From NCBI GenBank assembly GCA_964484095.1, contig CAZAEB010000001.1, positions 1,655-65,654 of the forward strand: a DNA stretch of 64,000 bases, in the 5' to 3' direction. The stretch is from an uncultured Gammaproteobacteria bacterium. GTDB lineage: Bacteria; Patescibacteriota; Microgenomatia; UBA12405; BS750m-G30. Positions within the stretch are counted from its first letter, which is position 1; each line of letters opens with the position of its first letter. The notes under the pieces are model-generated. The model was given only the letters and a program-made list of their open reading frames with translations. It had not been told where the DNA came from and ran no database searches. The translations under genes and the position numbers were made by a program. Below, piece after piece: positions 1-9,663 of the stretch.

Positions 1-40
1 TCATTCTTTCTAGATGCGGTCAACTTGTATGTCTGGTTGG

Positions 41-1864
41 TTACTTTCTTTCCGACCTTCTTCTGTTTAGTTCTGTCAAAAACTTTTTTCTGAGTCGAAG
101 CGATTTTGGAGTAATTTCCAAAAGCTCATCTTTCTCGATAAAATCCAAACACTGTTCTAGGCTAAATATTGTTGGCGGGGTAAGCTGAATCACTCCATCT
201 GAAGATTTTGACCTCATGTTAGTCAACTGTTTTCCTTTGCAAACATTAATAGCAATATCATCATCTTTAGCATTCTTGCCAATTATCATTCCCTCATATA
301 CCTTAGTTCCGGGACTAATAAATATTATCCCTCTTCCTTGAGCAGCTTTAAGACCATAAGACAAAGTCTCTCCTGACTGTGAAGCAATCAAAACTCCGCT
401 TCTCATTCTCGGCATTGGCTTTCCAAGCGACTGGTAATCAATAACTTGAGAGCTAAAAATAACTGTTCCTTTGGTGGCAGTCATTAAAATGCTTCTTAGA
501 CCGATTATCGCTCGGGTAGGAACTCTATAAACAAACTCGGCCTCTCTTTCATTAATAGATTCTGTTTTGGCTAAAATCGCAAATCTTTTTCCCATTTCTT
601 GATTGATTATTCCTTGATATTCCTTTGGAACAATAATATCCATCTCCTCAATCGGCTCGCTGTTTACTCCGTCAATCTTTTTAACAATTACCTCAGGTTT
701 TTCCACCTCCATCTCATATCCTTCCCGTCTTAAGTTTTCCAAAAATACTGCCAAATGAAGTTCCCCTCTTCCAGAAATTTTAAATTTTCCGTCAGTTCTT
801 TTAACCACTTTAAGACTTAAGTTTTTTTCAAGTTCTTTATTCAGTCTTTCTTCAAGCTGTCTGCTGGTCACAAATTCTCCTTCTTTTCCGGAAAAAGGAG
901 AAGTATTAACTCCCAGAGTTAAATGGAGGGTTGGTTCGCCAACCTTAATAGTAGGCAGTGGCCATGTATCACCAGGTTCACAAATAGTATCACCAATTTT
1001 TGACTCAGAAATACCGGCGATGGTAACAATATCACCGGAACAAACTTTCTCGGCAACTATCTTGTCAAGTCCCCGAGAAACAAATATTTTTTCGGCCTTG
1101 AAAACCTGACTCTGACTACTTGACAAAATAAGCTTTTTTCCCGTTTCAATTACACCCTGATAAATTTTGCCGACAGACATTCTACCAAGATGTGGGTCAT
1201 AATCAAGAGCAGAAACGACCATTTTAAACGATTTTTTATCATTAGCATTTGGGGCAGGAATATAGTTGATAATCTTTTCCAGCAAAGGCTCAACTGTTGC
1301 CGGTTCGTTAAAATCTTCCGGCAAAACATCATAAACTCTTCCTCCTCTACCTACCGCATAAACGACAGGAAATTCAAGTTGATCTTCTCTAGTCACCAGC
1401 TCTAAAAACAAACTCTCCGTTTTTTGCAAAACATAGTCAACGCGAGCGAATGGTTTGTCTATTTTATTGACAACCACAACCGTTTTTAAGTCCAACTCTA
1501 AAGCTTTTTTCAAAACAAACCTGGTTTGTGGCATCGGGCCTTCCTGAGCATCAATAATAAGCAGTACCCCGTCAGCCATCCCCAAAGTTCGCTCCACTTC
1601 ACCGGAAAAATCAGAATGTCCGGGAGTATCAATGATATTAATTTTTACCCTTTTATAAGAAATTGCACAATTTTTGGCCATAATAGTAATTCCCCGTTCT
1701 TTTTCCTGATCATTGCTATCCAATATCCGCTCCTCCCCCATCTGTTGCTGATTATCACGAAAAACATGGGTTTGTTTAAGTAGCGCATCAATTAAAGTTG
1801 TCTTGCCATGATCAACATGGGCAATAAAAGCCACATTTCTGATAGATTTGTTTACTTTTTCCAT
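41..1864 (-). CDS. typA: Translational GTPase TypA/BipA
   Basis: [23 protein letters not shown] and NKID motifs; BipA C-terminal KQLTNMRS...ELLEITPKSLRLRK. Confidence 0.97.
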   Translation of the reverse strand: MEKVNKSIRNVAFIAHVDHGKTTLIDALLKQTHVFRDNQQQMGEERILDSNDQEKERGITIMAKNCAISYKRVKINIIDTPGHSDFSGEVERTLGMADGVLLIIDAQEGPMPQTRFVLKKALELDLKTVVVVNKIDKPFARVDYVLQKTESLFLELVTREDQLEFPVVYAVGRGGRVYDVLPEDFNEPATVEPLLEKIINYIPAPNANDKKSFKMVVSALDYDPHLGRMSVGKIYQGVIETGKKLILSSSQSQVFKAEKIFVSRGLDKIVAEKVCSGDIVTIAGISESKIGDTICEPGDTWPLPTIKVGEPTLHLTLGVNTSPFSGKEGEFVTSRQLEERLNKELEKNLSLKVVKRTDGKFKISGRGELHLAVFLENLRREGYEMEVEKPEVIVKKIDGVNSEPIEEMDIIVPKEYQGIINQEMGKRFAILAKTESINEREAEFVYRVPTRAIIGLRSILMTATKGTVIFSSQVIDYQSLGKPMPRMRSGVLIASQSGETLSYGLKAAQGRGIIFISPGTKVYEGMIIGKNAKDDDIAINVCKGKQLTNMRSKSSDGVIQLTPPTIFSLEQCLDFIEKDELLEITPKSLRLRKKFLTELNRRRSERK

Positions 1865-1954
1865 AATAATACCCCCAGTTTTAATAGGAGAGATGATATT
1901 TTACCAGTATAAAGCTAAAAAAGCGAACAAATTTCAATAAAATCTCTATTGCGC

Positions 1955-2500
1955 TCACACAGAAGCATTTATTTTGCCAAACCGCCTAAAAACCACCTCT
2001 TGAGCCAGTAAAAATAAACCAAATCTTAGGCTGTCCTCTGCCGGATAAGATCCAGACTCAACGCAGACCTCAAGACCTGTCACAAAAGAATCAGGTTTTT
2101 CTGGATATACTTTGGCATTAAAAGCAGAATTAATATACGCAGTGGCACGAACAGTATTTGCCACAGAGCTATTGGTCATTTCCAATAAACCTTCCACAAC
2201 CGCAGGAAAACCTTTAATTGCGTGATTTGCTGCCATTTTTAAAATTCCATTCTTTTTAGCCGAATCTCCGGAAGATAAAGAAAACACCTCCTCAATATAA
2301 CCCCTTGCGATACAAAGTCATTCAGTTGGATCACAACCGTTAGTTATGTCTGGATTTATTGCTACCACATACTTATTTAACTCTTGAGAAATTGCAAAAG
2401 TAAGTCCCTCTCTAACTACATGTTGAGGATTAAACCAAACATCAAGTATTACCTTTTCTCTATTACAATCCACCTCTGTTTTTTCAGTCTCCGGTCCCAT
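1955..2500 (-). pseudogene. Hypothetical protein (~181 codons) interrupted by one in-frame TGA at 2318-2320 (pseudogene, base error or read-through)
   Basis: ORFs 2318..2500 and 1955..2287 share a frame and the intervening codons are open (…CDPTE*LCIARGYIEEVF…); TATAAT lies 7 nt before the ATG at 2500. Confidence 0.55.
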
Positions 2501-2565
2501 AAGTAAAATTATACACCATCTAAAAACTATTTTAAAAATTCCCCCTAAAACTTTTCATAAACATC

Positions 2566-2574
2566 TGCTACAAT
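2566..2574 (+). promoter_or_regulatory. Extended -10 promoter (TGcTACAAT), leaderless-type, for the SurA-like gene
   Basis: TGnTACAAT ends 6 nt before ATG 2581; no Shine-Dalgarno. Confidence 0.6.
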
Positions 2575-2580
2575 TAGCCT

Positions 2581-3255
2581 ATGAAAAATATAAAAAACAA
2601 AACCAACCCCGGAAAGACCAGTAAAAAAAGTAAGAGTTCTGTTAAAATGATTAGTTTAAAAATTGATAAAAAGAATCTTCCTCAGTATTTGATTAAGGTG
2701 GCAATTTTGGCAATAGTTTTGGGAGCTCTTTATTACTTTAGAGGCCAGTTTATTGTTGCTACAGTTAACAATCGGCCCATTTCAAGAATTGCTCTTGTTA
2801 AAGAACTTGAAACTCAAGCAGGAAAAAGAACTCTGGATAGTTTGATAATAAACGCTCTTGTTTTGCAGGAAGGTAAAAAACAAGGAATCGTGTTGACTGA
2901 CGAGCAGATAGCGATAGAGATTGAGGCCATTTCTCAAAATCTGTCCGCCCAAGGACAGAGCCTAGAGGTTGCTCTAGCCGCCCAGGGAATGACCCGGCAA
3001 GGGCTGGAAAAACAAATCCTCATTCAAAAAACTGCTGAAGGAATAGTTAAAGATAACATTGAGATTACCGACGAGGAGGTTGATCAGTATATTGAAGAAA
3101 ATAAAGAATACATTCCTACTGACATGAGTGAGGAAGAAGTTATAAATAGCTCCAAACAACAACTTGAACAGCAGAAAATGAATACAGAAATCCAGACCTT
3201 AATAGAAAAACTGCAAAAAGAAGCCAATATAAATCATCTTTTGTATAAAAACTAA
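2581..3255 (+). CDS. Membrane-anchored SurA N-terminal/PrsA-like chaperone without parvulin domain
   Basis: N-terminal TM, then VATVNNRPIS…LDSLIINALVLQEGKKQGI…ITDEEVDQY…LQKEANI, typical of the SurA_N/PrsA NC domain. Confidence 0.8.
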   Translation: MKNIKNKTNPGKTSKKSKSSVKMISLKIDKKNLPQYLIKVAILAIVLGALYYFRGQFIVATVNNRPISRIALVKELETQAGKRTLDSLIINALVLQEGKKQGIVLTDEQIAIEIEAISQNLSAQGQSLEVALAAQGMTRQGLEKQILIQKTAEGIVKDNIEITDEEVDQYIEENKEYIPTDMSEEEVINSSKQQLEQQKMNTEIQTLIEKLQKEANINHLLYKN

Positions 3256-3264
3256 ATCCAGTCA

Positions 3265-3885
3265 ATGGATAAAAAAATCAGCACCGGAGTTTTTTTGTTA
3301 ATGGTTTTACTACTTGGCTTTCTGCTCTTTAGTAAAAGATCAAAAAATAACTCTCAGGTTATAAAGCCCGAAAATATTCAAGGTATAGTTAACATTGAAC
3401 CCACTAAAAAGGAGACAAATATGCCAGAAATAACCATTGATCAAAACAAAAAATATGCCGCCTTACTAAAAACAGATAAGGGAGAGATTGAGATTGCTCT
3501 TTTTGTCGATAAAACGCCAATAACTGTCAATAATTTTGTTACTCTTTCCAATAAAAACTTTTATAATGGAACTGTATTTCATAGAATAATAAAAGGATTT
3601 ATGATCCAAGGGGGCGACCCAGAAGGCAACGGCAGTGGCGGGCCTGGGTACAAATTCGACGACGAACCATTTGAGGGAGAGTATGAAAGAGGAACAGTTG
3701 CTATGGCCAATGCCGGGCCTAACACCAATGGTAGCCAGTTTTTCATTATGCACCAAGACTATGGTCTGCCTAAAGATTATGTAATTTTTGGAAAAGTCAT
3801 AAAAGGAATAGAAGTTGTCGACAAAATCGCCAATTCCCCAGCTGAGCCAACGGTAATCGAGTCGGTAAAAATAGCCGAAAAATAA
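3265..3885 (+). CDS. Cyclophilin-type peptidyl-prolyl isomerase with N-terminal anchor
   Basis: FYNGTVFHRIIKGFMIQGGDP, AMANAGPNTNGSQFFI, VIFGKV. Confidence 0.95.
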   Translation: MDKKISTGVFLLMVLLLGFLLFSKRSKNNSQVIKPENIQGIVNIEPTKKETNMPEITIDQNKKYAALLKTDKGEIEIALFVDKTPITVNNFVTLSNKNFYNGTVFHRIIKGFMIQGGDPEGNGSGGPGYKFDDEPFEGEYERGTVAMANAGPNTNGSQFFIMHQDYGLPKDYVIFGKVIKGIEVVDKIANSPAEPTVIESVKIAEK

Positions 3886-3887
3886 GT

Positions 3888-4829
3888 TTAAAAACTTGAT
3901 AAAATTTTTCCAACTTCTTTACTACTTTTAGCCTCTAAAAGCTTAATCTTTAACGCTTTTGCCCCATCAAATCCTTTTACATAACGAGCAAAATGTTTGC
4001 GAACTGTTACGAAACTTTCAGGGTCATAAAACTTAGCTACTTTGTCAGCGTGAATCCGTACCGTCTTTAAAATCTCCCCAACACTGGGTTTGTAGTCCCT
4101 TTTAAAAGCCCAAGGGTTTCCCCAAGCTCCTCTGCCAATCAAAACCCCGTCCAAACCATATTCACGAGAATATTTTTCTGCCCAGTCTATCGACTTAACT
4201 CCTCCGTTTCCCAAACATAAAATCCCCTTATTTTTAAGAATTTTTCTTGCCTTGCCAATCTCTTTCCAGTCTACCGGGCCAGAATGTTTGTTTTTTAACA
4301 ATCTGCCATGAACGGTTATCAGCGACAAGGGAAACTGGGATAAAAACCCAATCCATTTTTTAACTGCCGGCTCTTTTACTCCAATTCTAGTTTTCACCGA
4401 CAAAGGAAGCTGTTTTCCTGAATCTTTGATTGCCTTAAGCGAATTTTGAATTATCTCCTCTGCCAATAAGTAGTTACCAATAAGTCCTCCGCCGCTTTTT
4501 CTATCAACTTGCCTTTTTGCCGGACAGCCCATATTAATATCGATCCCGGAAAAACCAAGCCTGGCTATTTTTTTCACCGCCAGGTAAAAATCTGCCGGGG
4601 TGCATCCATAAACTTGAGCAATAATTGGCTGCTCGTTTTTTAAAAACGAAATTTTTCTTTCAAATGGCTCGGGGTTTCTTAAAAAACCTTCAACACTGAC
4701 AAACTCGGTAAAAAAAACATCGGGCTTGGCAATACTAACCTGAATTTGGCGCATTGGCCGATCAGTAATTCCATCCATAGGAGACAAGCCAACAATCGGT
4801 CTTTTTAGACTTTTCCAAAAGTTTGCCAT
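3888..4829 (-). CDS. dus: tRNA-dihydrouridine synthase
   Basis: LSPMDGITD, IDINMGCP, SVKTRIG, VHGR, GNGGV, GVLIGRG; start taken at the ATG of MANFWK just after the gltX stop. Confidence 0.92.
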   Translation of the reverse strand: MANFWKSLKRPIVGLSPMDGITDRPMRQIQVSIAKPDVFFTEFVSVEGFLRNPEPFERKISFLKNEQPIIAQVYGCTPADFYLAVKKIARLGFSGIDINMGCPAKRQVDRKSGGGLIGNYLLAEEIIQNSLKAIKDSGKQLPLSVKTRIGVKEPAVKKWIGFLSQFPLSLITVHGRLLKNKHSGPVDWKEIGKARKILKNKGILCLGNGGVKSIDWAEKYSREYGLDGVLIGRGAWGNPWAFKRDYKPSVGEILKTVRIHADKVAKFYDPESFVTVRKHFARYVKGFDGAKALKIKLLEAKSSKEVGKILSSF

Positions 4830-4830
4830 A

Positions 4831-6264
4831 TTAAGAAAGTTTGTCAATCGCTTTAGAAAGCCTACTCATAGTTGTTTTCTTGCCCAAAACAGGCAGTGAC
4901 TCTAAAACCGGCGGAGTAATCGGTTTTCCGCAAATAGCCACTCTAAAAACCATAAAAAACTTCCCCGTATGCCAGTTATTGTCTTTAATGAAAGAAAGAA
5001 GTTTCTGCTGAAGAGCTTCAAAATCATCAACCCCTAACGCTTCTACTGCACTAATTGATTTATCCAGCATTTTTTTGACATCTTTTTTCTCTAGTCCTTT
5101 ACCAAGCAAAAGATCTTTCGAATAGTCGACCTCCTGCCATAAAAAATCCAAAAGTTCGGTAGCTTCTGATAAGGTTTTAATTCTTTCTTTTATCAAAGGA
5201 GCAATTTTGTTAATCTTTTGCTTTTCTAATTTAGGCAAAAATGGCTCCAAAAGCTCAGACAACTGTTCATCAGACTTGGCTCTGATATATTCTCCATTCA
5301 TCCATTCAAGTTTCTTAAGATCAAAAACCGGTCCCAAAGGAGAGACATCTTTTAAGTTAAATAAATCTATAAACTCATCTAGAGAAAAAATTTCCTTCTC
5401 TTTGGGATGAGACCAGCCAAGCAAGGCCAGGAAGTTTAAAAGAGCCTCGGGCAAAAATCCTTTTTCTTTATACCAAGAAAGGTTGGTATGGCCTTGTCTT
5501 TTACCCATCTTGCTTTTGTCAGAATTTCTTAAAATCGGGGTGTGGAAAAATATCGGCGCTTTCCAGTCAAAATATCGATAAAGCAAGACATGTTTTGGGA
5601 CCGACGACAACCACTCTTCTCCGCGAACAATATGAGATATTTGCATCAAATGATCATCAACAACAGCTGCCAGATGGTAAGTGGGAAAACCGTCTGATTT
5701 TAACAAAACCTGATCGTCAATAATATTGCTGTCAAAAACAATTTTGCCACGAATAAGGTCAAAAACTTCAATTTTTTCATTATCAGGAATTTTCATCCTA
5801 ATTACATAATTTTCTCCGGCAGATATTCTCTCTTCGACTTCTTTTTTAGACAAATTTCGGCAATAACGGTCGTAACGAGGCATTTTTTTCTTAGCCCGTT
5901 GATCTTTTCTAACTTTTTCCAATCTTTCTTGAGAGCAAAAGCAGTAATACGCTTTTTGCCCGTCAATTAGTTTTTGGGCATATTTTTTGTATATATCAAG
6001 TCTTTCTGACTGTCTGTACGGTCCAAATTTCCCACCCAATAAAGGGCTCTCGTCGGGGACAAGTCCTAACCAGTCAAGTCCCTCATATAAATTTTCTTCC
6101 GCTCCTTCAACTTTTCTTTTTTGATCAGTATCTTCTATCCTAACAATAAATGTGCCGCTGTGTTTTTTTGCATATGCCCAATCAAAAAGAACCTGATAAA
6201 CACTACCCATGTGAATGAACCCTGTCGGGCTGGGAGCAAACCTGGTTCTTACTTTTTTATCCAT
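4831..6264 (-). CDS. gltX: Glutamate--tRNA ligase
   Basis: RTRFAPSPTG, RIEDTD, YRQSERL, PTYHLAAVVDD, RGEEW; HIGH=HMGS, KMSKS=KMGKR. Confidence 0.97.
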   Translation of the reverse strand: MDKKVRTRFAPSPTGFIHMGSVYQVLFDWAYAKKHSGTFIVRIEDTDQKRKVEGAEENLYEGLDWLGLVPDESPLLGGKFGPYRQSERLDIYKKYAQKLIDGQKAYYCFCSQERLEKVRKDQRAKKKMPRYDRYCRNLSKKEVEERISAGENYVIRMKIPDNEKIEVFDLIRGKIVFDSNIIDDQVLLKSDGFPTYHLAAVVDDHLMQISHIVRGEEWLSSVPKHVLLYRYFDWKAPIFFHTPILRNSDKSKMGKRQGHTNLSWYKEKGFLPEALLNFLALLGWSHPKEKEIFSLDEFIDLFNLKDVSPLGPVFDLKKLEWMNGEYIRAKSDEQLSELLEPFLPKLEKQKINKIAPLIKERIKTLSEATELLDFLWQEVDYSKDLLLGKGLEKKDVKKMLDKSISAVEALGVDDFEALQQKLLSFIKDNNWHTGKFFMVFRVAICGKPITPPVLESLPVLGKKTTMSRLSKAIDKLS

Positions 6265-6271
6265 CGATTGA

Positions 6272-6297
6272 ATTTTAACATATTCGATTGATATACT
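6272..6297. promoter_or_regulatory. Back-to-back extended -10 promoters for gltX (TGtTAAAAT, minus) and the 6305 gene (TGaTATACT, plus)
   Basis: Each hexamer ends exactly 7 nt upstream of its ATG (6264 and 6305). Confidence 0.65.
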
Positions 6298-6304
6298 GGT
6301 TAGA

Positions 6305-7360
6305 ATGAACGACCTAACTACAACCGCCTACTGGACCCGAAGGATGGTTAAGTATTCTGCCGTTTTTATTATTGTTTTTTTTGTGCTCAAATCAGCTGTC
6401 GGTATAATTACCACCTACTGGAAACAAAAAAACCCTCCTGAGCTTTCCCCACCCGATGTTGCTTTTGGCCAGCTTCCTAATATCGTCAAGCCAAAACAAG
6501 GAATTGACCAACCAGACAATTTTGTTCTAGAAACAATTGACGGCAGTCTACCGTCAATGCCTGAGCAGGCAAAAGTTTACTTTATTTCTTCCCAAGCGCC
6601 AAAATTTCTTGCCTTGGAAAATGCTACAAAAATCGCTAATTCACTTAATTTTTTTAGCGAACCGGAAAAGATAAACGAAAGTCTGTACCGCTACCACAAC
6701 CAAACTGACAACACCACCCTAACCATTAACCCCCTAACAAAATCACTTAAATTCGAATATCCATTTTTAAAGGATCAGACATTGACCGGTTTTAGACTAA
6801 CCTCCCAAGAAAAAGCTATCTCTACCGCTGACAACTTTTTGGGAAAAATAAGCCAAGATAACAGTGATCTTCTTTCCCAACCAGCTGAAGTAATCTTAAA
6901 AAAACTAACCCCCACAGAGTTGGTATCAGCCCCCTCAATCTCAGAGGCTAATATTGCTCAAATAAACTACTCCAGAGGTTTAATAGAGGAAAAATTTCCA
7001 ATCTATTCTCCCAATCTTGACAAACCCAACGTTTATGTCATTGTAACCGAATCTTCCAGTAGTAAAAAACAGGTTGTTGAAGCAAGCTACAACCACTTTT
7101 TTATCGACCAAGAAAAATTTGCTACTTATCCTTTAAAACCGATTTCCCAAGCTTGGGAAGAGCTAAAAAGAAAAGAGTATCTACTGGCAAAGATTGAAAA
7201 TACTTTCAATGAAGGCCCTTTAGCAATAAGAAGTGTAGAGCTTGGCTATTTTGACCCAAAAATCCCCACCAATTTTTTGCAACCGATATACATCTTTAAA
7301 GGAGACTATCAATTTTTTGGTTTCGTTCCTGCCATCTCAGTTGAGTGGCTCAGCAACTAA
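6305..7360 (+). CDS. Membrane-anchored extracytoplasmic hypothetical protein
   Basis: 351-aa ORF with a single N-terminal TM, its own promoter and C-terminal LQPIYIF…FVPAI. Confidence 0.8.
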   Translation: MNDLTTTAYWTRRMVKYSAVFIIVFFVLKSAVGIITTYWKQKNPPELSPPDVAFGQLPNIVKPKQGIDQPDNFVLETIDGSLPSMPEQAKVYFISSQAPKFLALENATKIANSLNFFSEPEKINESLYRYHNQTDNTTLTINPLTKSLKFEYPFLKDQTLTGFRLTSQEKAISTADNFLGKISQDNSDLLSQPAEVILKKLTPTELVSAPSISEANIAQINYSRGLIEEKFPIYSPNLDKPNVYVIVTESSSSKKQVVEASYNHFFIDQEKFATYPLKPISQAWEELKRKEYLLAKIENTFNEGPLAIRSVELGYFDPKIPTNFLQPIYIFKGDYQFFGFVPAISVEWLSN

Positions 7361-8281
7361 AGTCCAGGAAACATTTTTTTTCACCCAATCGAGAAGAATC
7401 TTGGTTTCGCTAAACCGATCATTACTACCCAAAATAACGGCGATTAATCCTCTTGTTTTCTCAAGATCTTGAAATTGAAAATAACTGACAAAACATTCCC
7501 CTGCCTGATTTGTCCAACCAGTTTTCAATCCCTTAATTTCCGGTATTACCCCTAAAAGCTGATTGGTGGTTTCTAGCTTGTGTTCAATCGTGCCACTAAT
7601 ATCTCTAACCACCGCGCTGTCAACCTCGATAATTGTTGAAAGAAGCTCGTTCTCTAAAAGCAATCTTGATAATCTGGCAATATCCAGAGCAGTCGCATAG
7701 TGATCCAGATCTTCCTCACCATCAAAGTTGGAAAAATGGGTTCGGGAAAAACCAAGATCAATCGCTTTTTGATTCATCGCCTCAATAAATTTTTCCACTC
7801 CTCCAGGATAATTATCGGCCAAAACAAAAGCGGCATCATTAGCTGAATGAACCATGAGCCCAAGATAAAGATCAAAAACTGTAAGCTTTTCCCCTTCTTG
7901 CAAACCCATATTTCTCCCTACCAAATACTCTCTTTTTACCTCCAATAACTGATCTTTGGAATAATAATCCATGGAAACTAGGGCAGTCATTATTTTTGTG
8001 ATAGACGCAGGAGCCAAGGAAACGTTTTCGTTTTGAGATAACAAAATCGCTCCCGAATCTACATCAACAATAAGAAACGAGCGGGCAGATAAATTAACAA
8101 TTGACGCTTCAGGATCAACTATCGGCTGATCTACAGGGGCAAACTCAATCAAATATTCATCAGTTATTACTTCTCTTAAAACCGACCTATCTTTCCCAGA
8201 AAGGAAAAACATTAAAATAACAAGGAAAAGGGCCAAAAACAAAAATCTATTAGAGGAAAACATTTTCAAAAACCGCTTCAT
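7337..8281 (-). CDS. D-alanyl-D-alanine carboxypeptidase (peptidase S11)
   Basis: SxxK (ASITK), SxN (SAN), KTG motifs; N-terminal TM. Confidence 0.93.
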   Translation of the reverse strand: MKRFLKMFSSNRFLFLALFLVILMFFLSGKDRSVLREVITDEYLIEFAPVDQPIVDPEASIVNLSARSFLIVDVDSGAILLSQNENVSLAPASITKIMTALVSMDYYSKDQLLEVKREYLVGRNMGLQEGEKLTVFDLYLGLMVHSANDAAFVLADNYPGGVEKFIEAMNQKAIDLGFSRTHFSNFDGEEDLDHYATALDIARLSRLLLENELLSTIIEVDSAVVRDISGTIEHKLETTNQLLGVIPEIKGLKTGWTNQAGECFVSYFQFQDLEKTRGLIAVILGSNDRFSETKILLDWVKKNVSWTLVAEPLN

Positions 8282-9651
8282 TTTTCCTTCTTAGGATCAG
8301 TGATCAGTTTAATTCCCAACTCTCTCAGCTGTTTTGGGTCAACCTTAGAAGGAGCATTCATGACCGCAGTTCTGCCCCTGGCTGTCACCGGAAAAGCAAT
8401 TGTCTCTCGAATGTTTTTCTCTCCAGTAGCCAACATTACCAACCTGTCAAAACCAAGAGCTATCCCTCCATGAGGAGGAACCCCGTAACTAAAAGCCTTA
8501 AGAAGATGACCAAACTTTTCCGTAATATCTTTTTTTGAATGACCTAAAATAGAAAATATCTTTTCCTGAATTTTAGGATCGGTAATCCTAATACTTCCTC
8601 CCGCCACCTCATGGCCGTTGCAAATCAAATCGTATTGCCAAGACCTCATTTTTAGGGGATCTTTTTCTAAAAAGGGTAGATCTTCCGGATTGGGAGAAGT
8701 AAACGGATGATGAATAGGACCCAATTTTCTGGTTTCGGTTTTTTCAAAAAGAGGAAAATCAACCACCCAAGCAAAGCCAAGCGAATCGTCAGATTTATCA
8801 CTTCTGATGTCAAATTTGTCATCACCATATTTTTTCATCGCCTCTTTATAACTAATTCTTGGAAAAGGCTTTTTAAATATCTTTTTACCTACTGCTTTGA
8901 AAACCTCAATTACCACCGATTCGATAATATCCAAAACCTCATCCCTGCTAACAAAAGACATCTCGATATCAACCTGAGTAAACTCATATTGACGACTGGC
9001 ACGAATATCTTCATCACGAAAACAACGAACCAGCTGAAAATACTTCTCTATTCCACCAACCATTAAAAGCTGTTTGTATTGCTGAGGAGATTGAGGAAGA
9101 GCATAAAATAAGCCTTTGTTATATCTAGAAGGCACCAAAAAATCTCTTGCTCCTTCCGGAGTAGACTTACTAAGATATGGGGTTTCAATTTCCCAAAAAT
9201 CTCGACTTGAGAGTGACTGGCGAAAACTTTGCAAAAGATTATGACGAGTTTTCAAAATATTTTTCATCCTTTCTCGACGGATATCCAGATAGCGATATTC
9301 TAAACGAACTTCTTCATTGATTTCCTTTCCATCACTGTGGATATCAAATGGAAGAGGGTTAGACTTTGATAAAAGTTCAATCTTTTCTATCTGAATTTCA
9401 ACCTTGCCTGTAGGAATTTTTTCATTAACAAATTTTGACTGTCTTTCAACAACTGTTCCTAAAACAGAAACAACATCCTCCTCAGAAAAACCTTTCAGTT
9501 TTGAATCGCCAACCATCTGGACAAAACCACTGCGATCACGAAGATCAAGAAAAATCACTTTTCCATGGTCTCTTTTAGAATCAATCCAGCCAAAAAGAAC
9601 TACTTTTTGGCCTATTTTTTCTGGTATCTCGCAAACAGTTGTTCTTTTCAT
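8278..9651 (-). CDS. aspS: Aspartate--tRNA ligase, short form lacking the GAD insertion
   Basis: RDHGKVIFLDLRDRSG, RLEYRYLDIRR, TPEGARDF, LPQSPQ, CFRDED, PPHGGIALGFDRL. Confidence 0.96.
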   Translation of the reverse strand: MKRTTVCEIPEKIGQKVVLFGWIDSKRDHGKVIFLDLRDRSGFVQMVGDSKLKGFSEEDVVSVLGTVVERQSKFVNEKIPTGKVEIQIEKIELLSKSNPLPFDIHSDGKEINEEVRLEYRYLDIRRERMKNILKTRHNLLQSFRQSLSSRDFWEIETPYLSKSTPEGARDFLVPSRYNKGLFYALPQSPQQYKQLLMVGGIEKYFQLVRCFRDEDIRASRQYEFTQVDIEMSFVSRDEVLDIIESVVIEVFKAVGKKIFKKPFPRISYKEAMKKYGDDKFDIRSDKSDDSLGFAWVVDFPLFEKTETRKLGPIHHPFTSPNPEDLPFLEKDPLKMRSWQYDLICNGHEVAGGSIRITDPKIQEKIFSILGHSKKDITEKFGHLLKAFSYGVPPHGGIALGFDRLVMLATGEKNIRETIAFPVTARGRTAVMNAPSKVDPKQLRELGIKLITDPKKEK

Positions 9652-9663
9652 TTTTTGCCTTCG

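Noticed and set aside
2318-2320. Genome-wide TGA recoding (code 25 or 4)
   Set aside because: Conserved genes (aspS, rpsD, rplM, alaS) end at TGA at their expected C-termini and no conserved gene has an internal TGA
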